From Bacteroidota bacterium (lineage in GTDB: Bacteria; Bacteroidota; Ignavibacteria; UBA10030), in NCBI GenBank assembly GCA_035559595.1, contig DATMBF010000020.1, positions 64,505 through 128,504 of the forward strand: a DNA stretch of 64,000 nucleotides. Reading direction: 5' to 3'. This document shows, in pieces, positions 31,788-40,395 of the stretch. Position 1 is the stretch's first letter. Each line of letters opens with the position of its first letter. The position numbers were made by a program, and so were the translations under genes. Under the pieces are notes generated by a model, which saw only the letters and a list, made by a program, of their open reading frames with translations, did not search any database and was not told where the DNA came from.

Positions 31788-31934
31788 CGGTCTGTCGGCT
31801 GCAGCATGGTGTTCTCCGAAAAGTCGGCTTTAATATAGCAAGGTGAGAGAGAAATGCAAATTCCAATGGCTCTGGGCTTGAACAAAAAGTTTGCCATGAT
31901 GCGACTTTCCGACGGTGGGCTCTATCTCTCTGGA

Positions 31935-31979
31935 GATGGACACCACCGCCGGTGTTAAGCGTTAGACGTGGTGTCCATC
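31935..31979. promoter_or_regulatory. 12-bp perfect inverted repeat (GATGGACACCAC-N21-GTGGTGTCCATC) in a divergent intergenic region
   Basis: Read directly at 31935-31946 and 31968-31979. It lies about 70 nt upstream of the epimerase start (32049) and about 150 nt upstream of the symporter start (31787). Confidence 0.3.
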
Positions 31980-32048
31980 CATTTCAGCCGGCATGCGATT
32001 TTTTCCCGAACTCTTCGTACTTTACCATCCCAACGAAAGGAGGATTGT

Positions 32049-32975
32049 ATGAAACTGGTCATTGCCGGAGGGAGCGGCTTTCTTGGCAGAGCCCTCATCA
32101 GGCGACTCCTCGAGCTGCGGCATTCCGTTACCATCCTTTCCCGAAACCCGGATGCAGCAAGGGGTCGCCTTCCTTCCGAAGTCTCCGTAGTTTCCTGGGA
32201 CGCCCGTTCGGTCGGCAGTTGGAAAGACCAGATTGATGGCGCTGATGCCGTCATTAACCTCACGGGCGAATCGATCGGCAACAAGCGCTGGACGAAAAGA
32301 CAGAAGGAGATTCTCCTCTCCAGTCGTATTGACTCAACGAAGGCAATCGTCGAGGCGATCACATCCGCTCGTCAAAGACCAAAGACCCTTATCAATCAAT
32401 CTGCCGTTGGGTACTACGGGAATGTGCCGGATGGAGATGTTACCGAGGACCACCCGGCCGGGTCAGACTTCCTTGCCTTGGTAGCCACGCAGTGGGAGGC
32501 GGAGGCGCTCAAAGCTGAGGAGCTTGGAGTGCGTGTTGTGATGCCACGAACAGGTGTTGTCCTCAGTCAAGATGGAGGTGCACTGCCGAGAATGCTTCTG
32601 CCCTTCCGTTTGTTTGTCGGCGGACCGCTCGGATCAGGCAGACAATGGTTTCCCTGGATTCATCTCACAGACGAGGTGGCGGCGTTTGAGTTCATCTTGC
32701 AGAATTCCTCGCTCAAAGGTCCTGTAAATCTCACCGCGCCGGAGAGCGCAACAATGAAGCAATTCTGCGCAATCCTTGGCCGGGTGATGCATCGCCCCTC
32801 CTGGGCGCCGGTACCGGGTTTCGTGCTGAAGATCATCCTGGGAGAAATGGCTGGACCGCTGTTACTCGGTGGGCAAAAAGTCGTGCCGAAAAAGCTGCTG
32901 CAAGCAGGATACACGTTTCACTACCCAAACCTTGAAGAAGCGTTGCGCAACATCCTCACTTCAGGGGAAGGCTGA
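32049..32975 (+). CDS. TIGR01777-family NAD-dependent epimerase (YfcH/SDR39U1-like, DUF1731 C-terminus)
   Basis: The start MKLVIAGGSGFLGRAL is a Rossmann motif. The C-terminal region is typical of this family. A GGAGG lies 6 nt upstream of the ATG at 32049, and the ORF-track start at 31968 sits inside the hairpin. Confidence 0.8.
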   Translation: MKLVIAGGSGFLGRALIRRLLELRHSVTILSRNPDAARGRLPSEVSVVSWDARSVGSWKDQIDGADAVINLTGESIGNKRWTKRQKEILLSSRIDSTKAIVEAITSARQRPKTLINQSAVGYYGNVPDGDVTEDHPAGSDFLALVATQWEAEALKAEELGVRVVMPRTGVVLSQDGGALPRMLLPFRLFVGGPLGSGRQWFPWIHLTDEVAAFEFILQNSSLKGPVNLTAPESATMKQFCAILGRVMHRPSWAPVPGFVLKIILGEMAGPLLLGGQKVVPKKLLQAGYTFHYPNLEEALRNILTSGEG

Positions 32976-33498
32976 ACTTTAACGAAATGTTTCCGTCCAG
33001 ATCATCGGTAACTTCAAAATTGTAAAGGCTCGCCCCGACGTATGCATCTGCGACGTTCAAGATGTAAACGATCGCAATGTAGAAACCGAACTTGTCCCGC
33101 TCGTCGCGATAGAAATCTCTTACCAGCCGCGATCGCTCGTCGGGGCGACCGGCGCTCAGCGAGGCACGATACTCTCTCCGGAAGTCACGGTACTTCTTGT
33201 CTGCCTTCAACCATTGACTGACAAAGTACCCCCCGAATCCCCAAATCACCGGAATCCTCCAGTACCTCTCGGTGTAGAACTGTCCCGCACCGGGCAACAC
33301 GGCGGAAAGTCCTAAGGCAAGAGTTGGAGATTTTTGAGAACGAACAACTGAGAGGCCTGTCTCTTGAGAAGTGGAATCCACACGACTCGAAAATTCAAGT
33401 GGCGAAATCGATGATTGTGTTGAGGACTGGGAAAGAAGAGCGTCGGGGAACAAGAACAAGATCACCACAAAGAGAAGTGACGGCGAGAGGTGAATCCA
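32956..33498 (-). CDS. Hypothetical secreted/membrane protein resembling DUF5683
   Basis: The C-terminal region (YFVSQWLKADKKYRDFRREY...YIAIVYILNVADAYVGASL) resembles DUF5683 proteins of the Bacteroidota/Chlorobiota. The ORF-track start at 33612 overlaps ridA, so the true start is uncertain and probably lies at or below 33498. Confidence 0.45.
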   Translation of the reverse strand, partial: WIHLSPSLLFVVILFLFPDALLSQSSTQSSISPLEFSSRVDSTSQETGLSVVRSQKSPTLALGLSAVLPGAGQFYTERYWRIPVIWGFGGYFVSQWLKADKKYRDFRREYRASLSAGRPDERSRLVRDFYRDERDKFGFYIAIVYILNVADAYVGASLYNFEVTDDLDGNISLKFSLPLK

Positions 33499-33502
33499 AC
33501 CG

Positions 33503-33892
33503 TTATTTTTCGACCAGGGCAATCGCTTCGATCTCCACTCGCACATCACGAGGAAGGCGTGCAACCTCCACGGTGCTTCTCGCAGGAGCTGCCGCTGAGA
33601 AAAACTCAGCATAGACCTCGTTCATCGCCGCGAATTCACTCATATCCTTCAAGAAGACTGTCGTCTTGATGACGGACTTCATCGATGCTCCGGCTGCCTG
33701 AAGAATCTGCTCGACGTTTTTGAGCACCTGGCGGGTTTGCGCCTTGATGTCACCATCAACAACTTGGCCTGTGGCCGGATCGATGGCGACCTGTCCTGCA
33801 GTGTACACGATTCTCTCATCGACGAGAATGGCCTGACTGTAGGGTCCAATGGGAGACGGGGCTTTGTCCGTCAAGATCTTCTTCAGGGGCAT
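33503..33892 (-). CDS. ridA: RidA-family reactive intermediate/imine deaminase (YjgF/UK114)
   Basis: The sequence [21 protein letters not shown]...[22 protein letters not shown] is canonical RidA. It is 129 aa. Confidence 0.85.
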   Translation of the reverse strand: MPLKKILTDKAPSPIGPYSQAILVDERIVYTAGQVAIDPATGQVVDGDIKAQTRQVLKNVEQILQAAGASMKSVIKTTVFLKDMSEFAAMNEVYAEFFSAAAPARSTVEVARLPRDVRVEIEAIALVEK

Positions 33893-33904
33893 ATCCTCCT
33901 CATG

Positions 33905-34825
33905 TTAACGACGTTTTTCGATTTCAGCAAACAGATCAAGAAGGCGGTCCAGATCATCCAGCGAATAAAACGAAATGACGATCTCTCCCCTTCCGCTACC
34001 GTGGCTCCTCACGGAAACCTTGGTCCCCAAAGCCTGCCGGATTTTCTCTTCGACATTTCGAATGCTCGATGCACCATCCGTCGGCGTCGAACGGCCCGGG
34101 CTTGATCGTCCTCCCGTCGTCTTCCCGTAGGAACGAACCATTTCCTCAACCTTGCGGACCGAGAGACCGCCATCGACAATCTTCTGATAAAACCGAACTT
34201 GGGCCTTCTCATTGGGAAGCGCGAGCAAGGCTCGTGCATGACCCATGGTGATTTTGTCTTTCCGGATTCCCAGTTGGATGGGCTCCGGCAGTTTGAGCAG
34301 GCGGAGGAAATTCGTCACTGTCGTTCTGTCCTTCCCCACCTTCTTGGCGATTTCTTCCTGCGAGAGATTGCACTCGGTCATCAATCGTTCGTAGGCCTGG
34401 GCAATCTCGATGGCATTGAGATGTTCACGCTGGATGTTCTCGATCAGCGCCAGCTCGAGCATCTCGGCGTCGGTCTTTACCTCGATCACATACGCCGGAA
34501 CACGTCGCAATCCAGCCTTCTGTGCCGCCCTCAACCGACGCTCACCCGAGATGAGTTGATATCCCCCCTCAACTCGCCTCACCGTGATCGGTTGAATAAC
34601 TCCCTTCTCCACGATGGAACGGCGCAACTCATCGAGAGCCGATTCATCAAACTCCACGCGTGGCTGATAGGGATTCGGCTGGATCTTTGAAACCTCTACG
34701 CTGACGATAACCCCGGTTTCCCCGCTATCCACTCCGCCCTTATGGACGCTCACTTCGGGCAGAGATGCTCTCGGGATGAGTGCACTTAGGCCGCGACCAA
34801 GCACGGATTTTTTCTGTTGGGCCAT
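33905..34825 (-). CDS. parB: Chromosome partitioning protein ParB
   Basis: It has a ParB box (QPRVEFDESALDEL...GVIQPITVR) and an HTH motif. It lies adjacent to parA. Confidence 0.9.
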   Translation of the reverse strand: MAQQKKSVLGRGLSALIPRASLPEVSVHKGGVDSGETGVIVSVEVSKIQPNPYQPRVEFDESALDELRRSIVEKGVIQPITVRRVEGGYQLISGERRLRAAQKAGLRRVPAYVIEVKTDAEMLELALIENIQREHLNAIEIAQAYERLMTECNLSQEEIAKKVGKDRTTVTNFLRLLKLPEPIQLGIRKDKITMGHARALLALPNEKAQVRFYQKIVDGGLSVRKVEEMVRSYGKTTGGRSSPGRSTPTDGASSIRNVEEKIRQALGTKVSVRSHGSGRGEIVISFYSLDDLDRLLDLFAEIEKRR

Positions 34826-34828
34826 GGG

Positions 34829-35623
34829 TTATGAGGAGGCCGTTATTGTGTCGGGAACTTGAACATTATGCCTGGCCAAAACTTCGCGCGCAAGCTCCAT
34901 GTAATTGCGCGTTCCCGAACACACGGCATCATAGAGAATGATGGGCTTTCCAAAACTCGGGGCTTCACTCAGGCGAATGTTCCGAGTAACGATCGTCTCA
35001 AACACTTTGTCGCCGAAATACCGCTTAACCTCATCCAGAATCTGATTAGACAATCGCAGTCGCGAATCGAACATCGTGAGGAGTACGCCCTCGATATCCA
35101 GATTCGGGTTGAACGTCTTCTTGACCATATTGATTGTATTAAAGAGCTGGCCAAGTCCCTCAAGCGCAAAATACTCGCATTGGACGGGGATGAGCACCGA
35201 GTCAGCTGCCGTGAGGGCATTGAGCGTTAGCAACCCGAGGGATGGCGGGCAATCGATGATCACGAAGTCATACTTGTCTCGCACGCGCTCCAACGCTTTG
35301 GCCATCCGATGCTCCCGCTCCTCGATTTCCACCATCTCAATCTCCGCTCCAACAAGATTAATGTGCGATGGCAGAAGCCAAAGGAAGGGCATTTGCGTAT
35401 CGACAATCGTCGAGGTGGGATCTAAACCGTTGAGGAGAACCTCATAAACCGTCCGCCCTTCGACTGGATTGACACCGACACCGCTTGTAGCATTTGCCTG
35501 GGGATCGGTATCGACGAGCAAAACGCGCTTTTCCGCTACGGCAAGACTGGCCGAGAGGTTGACGGCGGTGGTTGTTTTTCCGACTCCACCTTTTTGATTT
35601 GCTATGACAATGATCTTTGCCAT
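34829..35623 (-). CDS. parA: Chromosome partitioning ATPase ParA (Soj)
   Basis: The sequence [19 protein letters not shown] is the deviant Walker A. The likely start is the internal Met at 35623, while the ORF-track start at 35659 adds 12 non-conserved residues. Confidence 0.9.
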   Translation of the reverse strand: MAKIIVIANQKGGVGKTTTAVNLSASLAVAEKRVLLVDTDPQANATSGVGVNPVEGRTVYEVLLNGLDPTSTIVDTQMPFLWLLPSHINLVGAEIEMVEIEEREHRMAKALERVRDKYDFVIIDCPPSLGLLTLNALTAADSVLIPVQCEYFALEGLGQLFNTINMVKKTFNPNLDIEGVLLTMFDSRLRLSNQILDEVKRYFGDKVFETIVTRNIRLSEAPSFGKPIILYDAVCSGTRNYMELAREVLARHNVQVPDTITASS

Positions 35624-35631
35624 GTTGTTTG

Positions 35632-36093
35632 CTACACCACCATCATTCCGCCTGCGCACAGTATTGCAAGAATGCCGGTTGCAACCGATCGCTTGACAAG
35701 CTTACCGTAAGCAAGACTCCATCCCTCAAATTCCTCTCCGGTAGCACTCACCATCTTTTGGAGAACCTGTTTGATCTGCCAAGCAAAAAACGCGAGGGCC
35801 AGGAACAAAACCTGTTTCGCCAGCAAGAGCTTCGACCACGGCGTCGAAAAGTCGAACCATAGAAATCTCGGACTCAGAAGCATCAACAGGAATCCCGTCG
35901 TCAGCAGTGTCCAGAGACTCATCCAAACGAACCCCTGATAGCGATTCTGTGCCGCTCGGACGACTGTAGATCCTCCTGCACGCTCGTACTCAACCACGGG
36001 CCCCATGACTGCATTCAGAAAAATGAGTCCGCCGATCCAGACAACGACGGAAACGACATGCATAACACGGCAAACCCAAAGAACGAAATCCAT
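35632..36093 (-). CDS. Hypothetical integral membrane protein
   Basis: 153 aa. It has 4 predicted transmembrane helices and no motifs. Confidence 0.45.
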   Translation of the reverse strand: MDFVLWVCRVMHVVSVVVWIGGLIFLNAVMGPVVEYERAGGSTVVRAAQNRYQGFVWMSLWTLLTTGFLLMLLSPRFLWFDFSTPWSKLLLAKQVLFLALAFFAWQIKQVLQKMVSATGEEFEGWSLAYGKLVKRSVATGILAILCAGGMMVV

Positions 36094-36187
36094 AGATGAG
36101 GTAACAGCTTCATGGGAGGACTAAGTGAATCGCTTGGAGCATGAAGGCACTGTCGAATATACCTTTTTTTCTGATTATTGCAAAACT

Positions 36188-37120
36188 TCAGGTAAACTGG
36201 TCTTCGATCCTCAACTCGTAACCTCTGAGGAATTCCTCAATTCCCATCCTTCTCCTCCCCTCCTGCTGAAGCTCGACGACACTGATCACCCCAGAGCCGG
36301 TTTGCACTTCGAGTGATTGAGGAGAGACAGCAACAATTGTTCCGGGCGCGGCAGATCGAAGCTGGCCACTCTCCGAAAGTCTCGTTCGGTAAATCTTCAA
36401 AAGCTTTCCATTGTGCAATGTCCAGGCAGCGGGATACGGTGAAAGTCCGCGAACAAGGTTGTGTACCTGTGCTGACGTTTGCTCCCACCGGATTCTGCAA
36501 TCTTCCTTAAAAATCTTGGGAGCTGTGGTTGCCAATGAGTCATCTTGAGGTCGAACTGTAACACGATCAAGCTCAATCAACCGGACGGTTTGAAGCACTA
36601 TTTCTGCGCCGACCTGAGCAAGTTTATCATGAAGTTCACCGGCTGTCTCGTCCGGCCCGATTCTCACTCTCGCTTGGAGAATGATTGACCCAGTATCCAC
36701 CTTATCCTGCAAGAAGAACGTCGTCACACCCGTCTCCGTCTCTCCACGGATAATCGCCCAGTTAATCGGAGCTGCACCGCGATACTTTGGAAGTAATGAG
36801 GCGTGAAGATTGAACGATCCTTTAGGAGGAATTGTATAGACTTCTTTTGGGAGAATTCTGAACGCTACAACGACAAACAGATCGGCGTTCAGGAACCGTA
36901 GTGAACTAATAATGGAAGGATCGGAGAGATTCTCAGGCTGAAGGAGTGTAAGATGATGTTGAAGAGCGAATGCCTTGACGGGCGACGGGGCAACCTGCTG
37001 GCCTCGTCCGCGAGGTCTATCAGGCGTTGTTACAACAGCGGCAACGTCGTAGCGGTTCTCGAGAAGAGTCTTAAGACTCGGGATCGCAAAGTGGGGTGTG
37101 CCCATAAAGACCAGTCGCAT
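36188..37120 (-). CDS. fmt: Methionyl-tRNA formyltransferase
   Basis: The start MRLVFMGTPHFAIPSLKTLL, the formyltransferase core (HASLLPKYRGAAPINWAI) and a C-terminal domain are present. It lies adjacent to def. Confidence 0.9.
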   Translation of the reverse strand: MRLVFMGTPHFAIPSLKTLLENRYDVAAVVTTPDRPRGRGQQVAPSPVKAFALQHHLTLLQPENLSDPSIISSLRFLNADLFVVVAFRILPKEVYTIPPKGSFNLHASLLPKYRGAAPINWAIIRGETETGVTTFFLQDKVDTGSIILQARVRIGPDETAGELHDKLAQVGAEIVLQTVRLIELDRVTVRPQDDSLATTAPKIFKEDCRIRWEQTSAQVHNLVRGLSPYPAAWTLHNGKLLKIYRTRLSESGQLRSAAPGTIVAVSPQSLEVQTGSGVISVVELQQEGRRRMGIEEFLRGYELRIEDQFT

Positions 37121-37129
37121 TGCGAAGGC

Positions 37130-37756
37130 TCATGCCTCCACTTTCCTCAGCACTCGGCGCATCCCTTTCTTGCTGGCAGCGCTGATGACTGGATAGGTCG
37201 TCTCGATAACCCCTTTCTTGATTTTTGTCAATTTCGGCTTCAGTAAGGCTCGATTAGCGGTAGTAAGGTGATCGATGAACAGGATACCATCGAGATGATC
37301 GATTTCGTGGAGGATTACTCTGGCAAGCAGACCGTCGGTTGTGAGCTCGGTTTCTTGAAATTTCGCGTCTCGAAAGACGACAGTAATTGTCTCCGCGCGT
37401 GTAACCTCTCCGCGAACATCCGGGATACTGAGGCAACCCTCCTCCATCGTCCACTCACGATCACGGCTCCGCACTACAGGATTGATGAGAACTAGTGTCG
37501 TCGGACCTTCACTTTTCTTGCGTTCTGTCTTCTTCTCCCCCTCCTCCTCGTCATTTTCGGCTCCAGTAATGTCGATCACAATGACACGGCGGAGGTCGCC
37601 GACTTGCGTTGCAGCAAGACCAATTCCGTTAGCGTTCCGCATCGTCTCAAACATATCGTACACCAGCTTGACGAGCGAGTCATCCATTGCCTGGACGGGC
37701 TTTGCTTTTGCCCGCAGTACATCATGACCGTAAAGATAAATAGGAAGAATTGCCAT
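37130..37756 (-). CDS. def: Peptide deformylase with an internal charged insertion
   Basis: The motifs GIGLAATQVG, EGCLSIPD and HEIDHLDG are present. An E/K-rich insertion of about 25 aa lies between motifs 1 and 2. Confidence 0.85.
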   Translation of the reverse strand: MAILPIYLYGHDVLRAKAKPVQAMDDSLVKLVYDMFETMRNANGIGLAATQVGDLRRVIVIDITGAENDEEEGEKKTERKKSEGPTTLVLINPVVRSRDREWTMEEGCLSIPDVRGEVTRAETITVVFRDAKFQETELTTDGLLARVILHEIDHLDGILFIDHLTTANRALLKPKLTKIKKGVIETTYPVISAASKKGMRRVLRKVEA

Positions 37757-37824
37757 AGAATATGACAGAGGAACGTTTCAGTAATTTGCGATGGAATATA
37801 CGGAGGTGTGTGGCGGGAATCAAC

Positions 37825-38541
37825 TTACTGAGCAATGACTCGTCTTGCTCCTTCGTATCGTTTTTTGAAATATGAGCTTTGGAGCGAAGATATAGTTACG
37901 CCGAGCGTTACACTCGCGTGTGCAAAGAGGTCATCGCCAAGATAGATGCCGACATGAGAAGCCGATTCGCCCGTTGTGTTGAAGAAAACGAGATCGCCGA
38001 ACTTCAGATCTTCAAACGAAACCGGTTTTCCGATCTTCGATTGATCCGCACTCGTCCGCGGTAGCTGAACACCGACAGAATTCTTAAATACGAGCATCGT
38101 ATAACCCGAACAATCGAGTCCCTGAGGCGTGTCGCCACCGTATTCATACGGAATACCCATGTAGCGGGAGATTTCACGCATCATTTTGCTTTGATCGAGC
38201 GGCTTGATCGCCGGATTCTTCTCTTTGCGAAAATCCCGTTTCCCCGCCACGATACTCTCTTTCACCTCGGGGGCAACCTTTTTGTCATCCTCGGCTTTTT
38301 CTTCCTCGATTTCTTTGGCTGAGAATCTGGCGCCGGGAGGTTTCCGCTCAGATGCCGCAGAACTCCGCTCCGCGTTTCCAAAGCGAGGTGAAGACGCGCC
38401 ACAGCCGGGCAGACTCAGCAATCCCCACGCCATCAACGATAGAGAGACCGTTAGCCTGACTGCCCGGTTCGCCATAAGAGCGAAAAAGCCCCGGCTTCGA
38501 CCGAGGCTTCCTCTCAAAACGATATGCTTCATTCCACCCAA
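37825..38541 (-). CDS. NlpC/P60 family cell-wall peptidase (lipoprotein)
   Basis: It has a signal peptide and the catalytic Cys motif (GIPYEYGGDTPQGLDCSGYT) with downstream His. Confidence 0.8.
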   Translation of the reverse strand: MGGMKHIVLRGSLGRSRGFFALMANRAVRLTVSLSLMAWGLLSLPGCGASSPRFGNAERSSAASERKPPGARFSAKEIEEEKAEDDKKVAPEVKESIVAGKRDFRKEKNPAIKPLDQSKMMREISRYMGIPYEYGGDTPQGLDCSGYTMLVFKNSVGVQLPRTSADQSKIGKPVSFEDLKFGDLVFFNTTGESASHVGIYLGDDLFAHASVTLGVTISSLQSSYFKKRYEGARRVIAQ

Positions 38542-38543
38542 TA

Positions 38544-39401
38544 TTAGCCTAAGTATGCTCGCAAATGCTTACTACGCGAGGCATGTCGCAAGCGGCGAAT
38601 CGCCTTTTCCTTGATCTGGCGCACCCGCTCGCGCGTCAAATTGAACTTCTCACCGATCTCCTCAAGCGTCAATGAGTGCTCTTGATCGAGGCCGAAATAG
38701 AGCCTGATGACCTGCGCTTCACGCTCCGTAAGCGTCTTGAGTGCACGCCGAACCTCTTCGCGAAGCGACTCATCCATCAATGTGTGGTCGGGCGAGGGCT
38801 GCCTCGAATCCTGAATGACGTCGAGCAACCGATTGTCCTCCCCCTGTGCGAACGGCGCATCCATCGAGAGATGGCGACCGGAGATCTTCAGCGTATCGGA
38901 GACTTCGAAAAGCGACATGTCGAGCTCCTCGGCAAGCTCGCTGGCGCTCGGCTCGCGCTCGAACTCCTGCTCGAGGGTGCTAAACGCCTTTCCGATCTTG
39001 TTCAGCGCACCTACACGATTAAGCGGAAGGCGCACAATACGGGACTGCTCGGCAAGCGCTTGAAGAATCGACTGGCGTATCCACCAGACAGCATACGAAA
39101 TAAACTTGAAGCCGCGGGTCTCATCGAACCTCTTGGCGGCTTTGATCAATCCAAGATTTCCTTCGTTAATCAGATCGCCAAGGGAGAGTCCCTGGTTCTG
39201 ATACTGTTTCGCTACACTGACGACGAAGCGGAGATTGGCCTTGGTGAGCTTCTCGAGGGCCTTTTGGTCGCCTTTCTTGATCCGCCGCGCGAGGTCAATC
39301 TCCTCCTGCGGTGTTAAGAGCTCGACCTTACCGATCTCCTGCAGATACTTATCTAACGATTGACTCTCTCTGTTTGTATATTGCTTGCTGATTTTCACCA
39401 T
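38544..39401 (-). CDS. rpoD: Primary-type sigma-70 factor (short FCB-group SigA/RpoD-like; lacks region 1.1)
   Basis: 285 aa. Regions 2-4 are present ([12 protein letters not shown]...[10 protein letters not shown]...[13 protein letters not shown]; C-terminal ...[29 protein letters not shown]). The short length is typical of primary sigma factors of the Bacteroidota and Chlorobiota. Confidence 0.85.
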   Translation of the reverse strand: MVKISKQYTNRESQSLDKYLQEIGKVELLTPQEEIDLARRIKKGDQKALEKLTKANLRFVVSVAKQYQNQGLSLGDLINEGNLGLIKAAKRFDETRGFKFISYAVWWIRQSILQALAEQSRIVRLPLNRVGALNKIGKAFSTLEQEFEREPSASELAEELDMSLFEVSDTLKISGRHLSMDAPFAQGEDNRLLDVIQDSRQPSPDHTLMDESLREEVRRALKTLTEREAQVIRLYFGLDQEHSLTLEEIGEKFNLTRERVRQIKEKAIRRLRHASRSKHLRAYLG

Positions 39402-39469
39402 TCAATCACTAACCTTGTCTTGCGATATTCGCATTGATAAAACACCATAAGGCAAAGAAAAATTTCCGT

Positions 39470-39736
39470 TCACTTGAGGTCGATGCGATCGACGATTCCC
39501 ACGATACTGGCATCGACAGGCGACATCTCCAGAGGAAGTGGAATCACGGCCTCCCGTGCTGTAATATAAAACACCGTCTCGCCTGGTCCGGCACCTACGG
39601 TGTCAACCGCCATGATCGGCGTACCCGCGTTCTCGCGTTTCCCATTCAGTGGCTGGACGATTTGCAGCTTGAAGTTCTTCAGGAACTCGTCTTTCCGAGT
39701 CGCCCAGATCGTTCCGATGACTTTTCCGAAGTACAT
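39470..39736 (-). CDS. EutN/CcmL/PduN-family (bacterial microcompartment vertex, BMC-V) protein, paralog 1
   Basis: 88 aa. MYFGKVIGTIWATRKDEFL...IMAVDTVGAGPGETVFY...PVDASIVGIVDRIDL has the same spacing as the EutN/CcmL consensus (VIGtVvsT.K......l.....AvD..GAG.GE.Vlv..Gs.AR......PvD..IvGIVD). Confidence 0.75.
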   Translation of the reverse strand: MYFGKVIGTIWATRKDEFLKNFKLQIVQPLNGKRENAGTPIMAVDTVGAGPGETVFYITAREAVIPLPLEMSPVDASIVGIVDRIDLK

Positions 39737-39739
39737 GCG

Positions 39740-40009
39740 TTAGTCCGCCACATCCAGCTTATCGACAACGGCGACAATCACGGCATCAACCGGCTTGTTT
39801 TTGGTTTGCGTGGTCTGACGCGCTGAGCTTCCCGACGTCACAAGCACAACATCGCCGACACCGGCCTGCACCGTATCGACCGCAACCACGAAGGTATCTT
39901 TAAGTTTGTAATCGAGATCGACATGTTTGACGATCTGAAACTTCATTCCCACCAGTTCCTCATCTTTGCGTGTCGCCCACACTGTCCCGACCACTTTTCC
40001 CAGGAGCAT
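39740..40009 (-). CDS. EutN/CcmL/PduN-family (BMC-V) protein, paralog 2
   Basis: 89 aa. MLLGKVVGTVWATRKDEEL...VVAVDTVQAGVGDVVLVTSGSSARQT...PVDAVIVAVVDKLDV is clearly paralogous to the upstream gene, and the two are separated by 3 nt. Confidence 0.75.
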   Translation of the reverse strand: MLLGKVVGTVWATRKDEELVGMKFQIVKHVDLDYKLKDTFVVAVDTVQAGVGDVVLVTSGSSARQTTQTKNKPVDAVIVAVVDKLDVAD

Positions 40010-40087
40010 AATCGGCCTTTCGTCTCTAAGTAAGACGGCGCAAACAACGAAATAGATTCACTGCATCAGTACAAAACTCAGTCGCGG

Positions 40088-40118
40088 AAGGTGTCACTTC
40101 TTTCACCGGTGACACTTC
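40088..40118. promoter_or_regulatory. Palindromic element TCACCGGTGA nested in a larger inverted repeat (GTGTCAC...GTGACAC)
   Basis: Read directly. The perfect 10-bp palindrome is at 40103-40112, flanked by complementary arms at 40088-40098 and 40109-40118. It lies in the 160-bp gap between the zinc-ribbon gene and the EutN-like pair. Confidence 0.3.
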
Positions 40119-40169
40119 TTCTGAACTGTATTTTCAAATTCTCGGAAACACCGCGTGGGGATGGCAGCG

Positions 40170-40364
40170 TTAAGCGTACACTTCCTTTTCATTGCATTTG
40201 CAGACCTGCACGCGCTGCCGGTTGAATCGATACGAGTCGTGCCTCGACCGCACGGACTGAATGTAGAGCGTTGGAACTTTGATGGTGCCGCATTTCGGGC
40301 ATTTCACGCCTTTTTCGGCAACAGCTTTCTTCGCCTTTTCAGCAAAATCGGTTTGTTTCGCCAT
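40170..40364 (-). CDS. Small zinc-ribbon protein (hypothetical)
   Basis: 64 aa with CPKCG...CKC, four Cys. It lies between the GGDEF gene and the EutN-like pair on the same strand. Confidence 0.4.
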   Translation of the reverse strand: MAKQTDFAEKAKKAVAEKGVKCPKCGTIKVPTLYIQSVRSRHDSYRFNRQRVQVCKCNEKEVYA

Positions 40365-40395
40365 ATCGTCTCCGTTAATCTTTTTCTAAAATAAT

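Noticed and set aside
36094-36187. 7-bp inverted repeat (CTTCATG…CATGAAG) downstream of fmt
   Set aside because: The stem is short, the loop is about 25 nt, and there is no following T-tract on the minus strand. It is not convincing as a terminator.
39434-39826. 130-aa plus-strand ORF spanning the EutN-like pair
   Set aside because: It is antisense to two mutually supporting paralogous EutN/CcmL-like ORFs, and it has no motifs.
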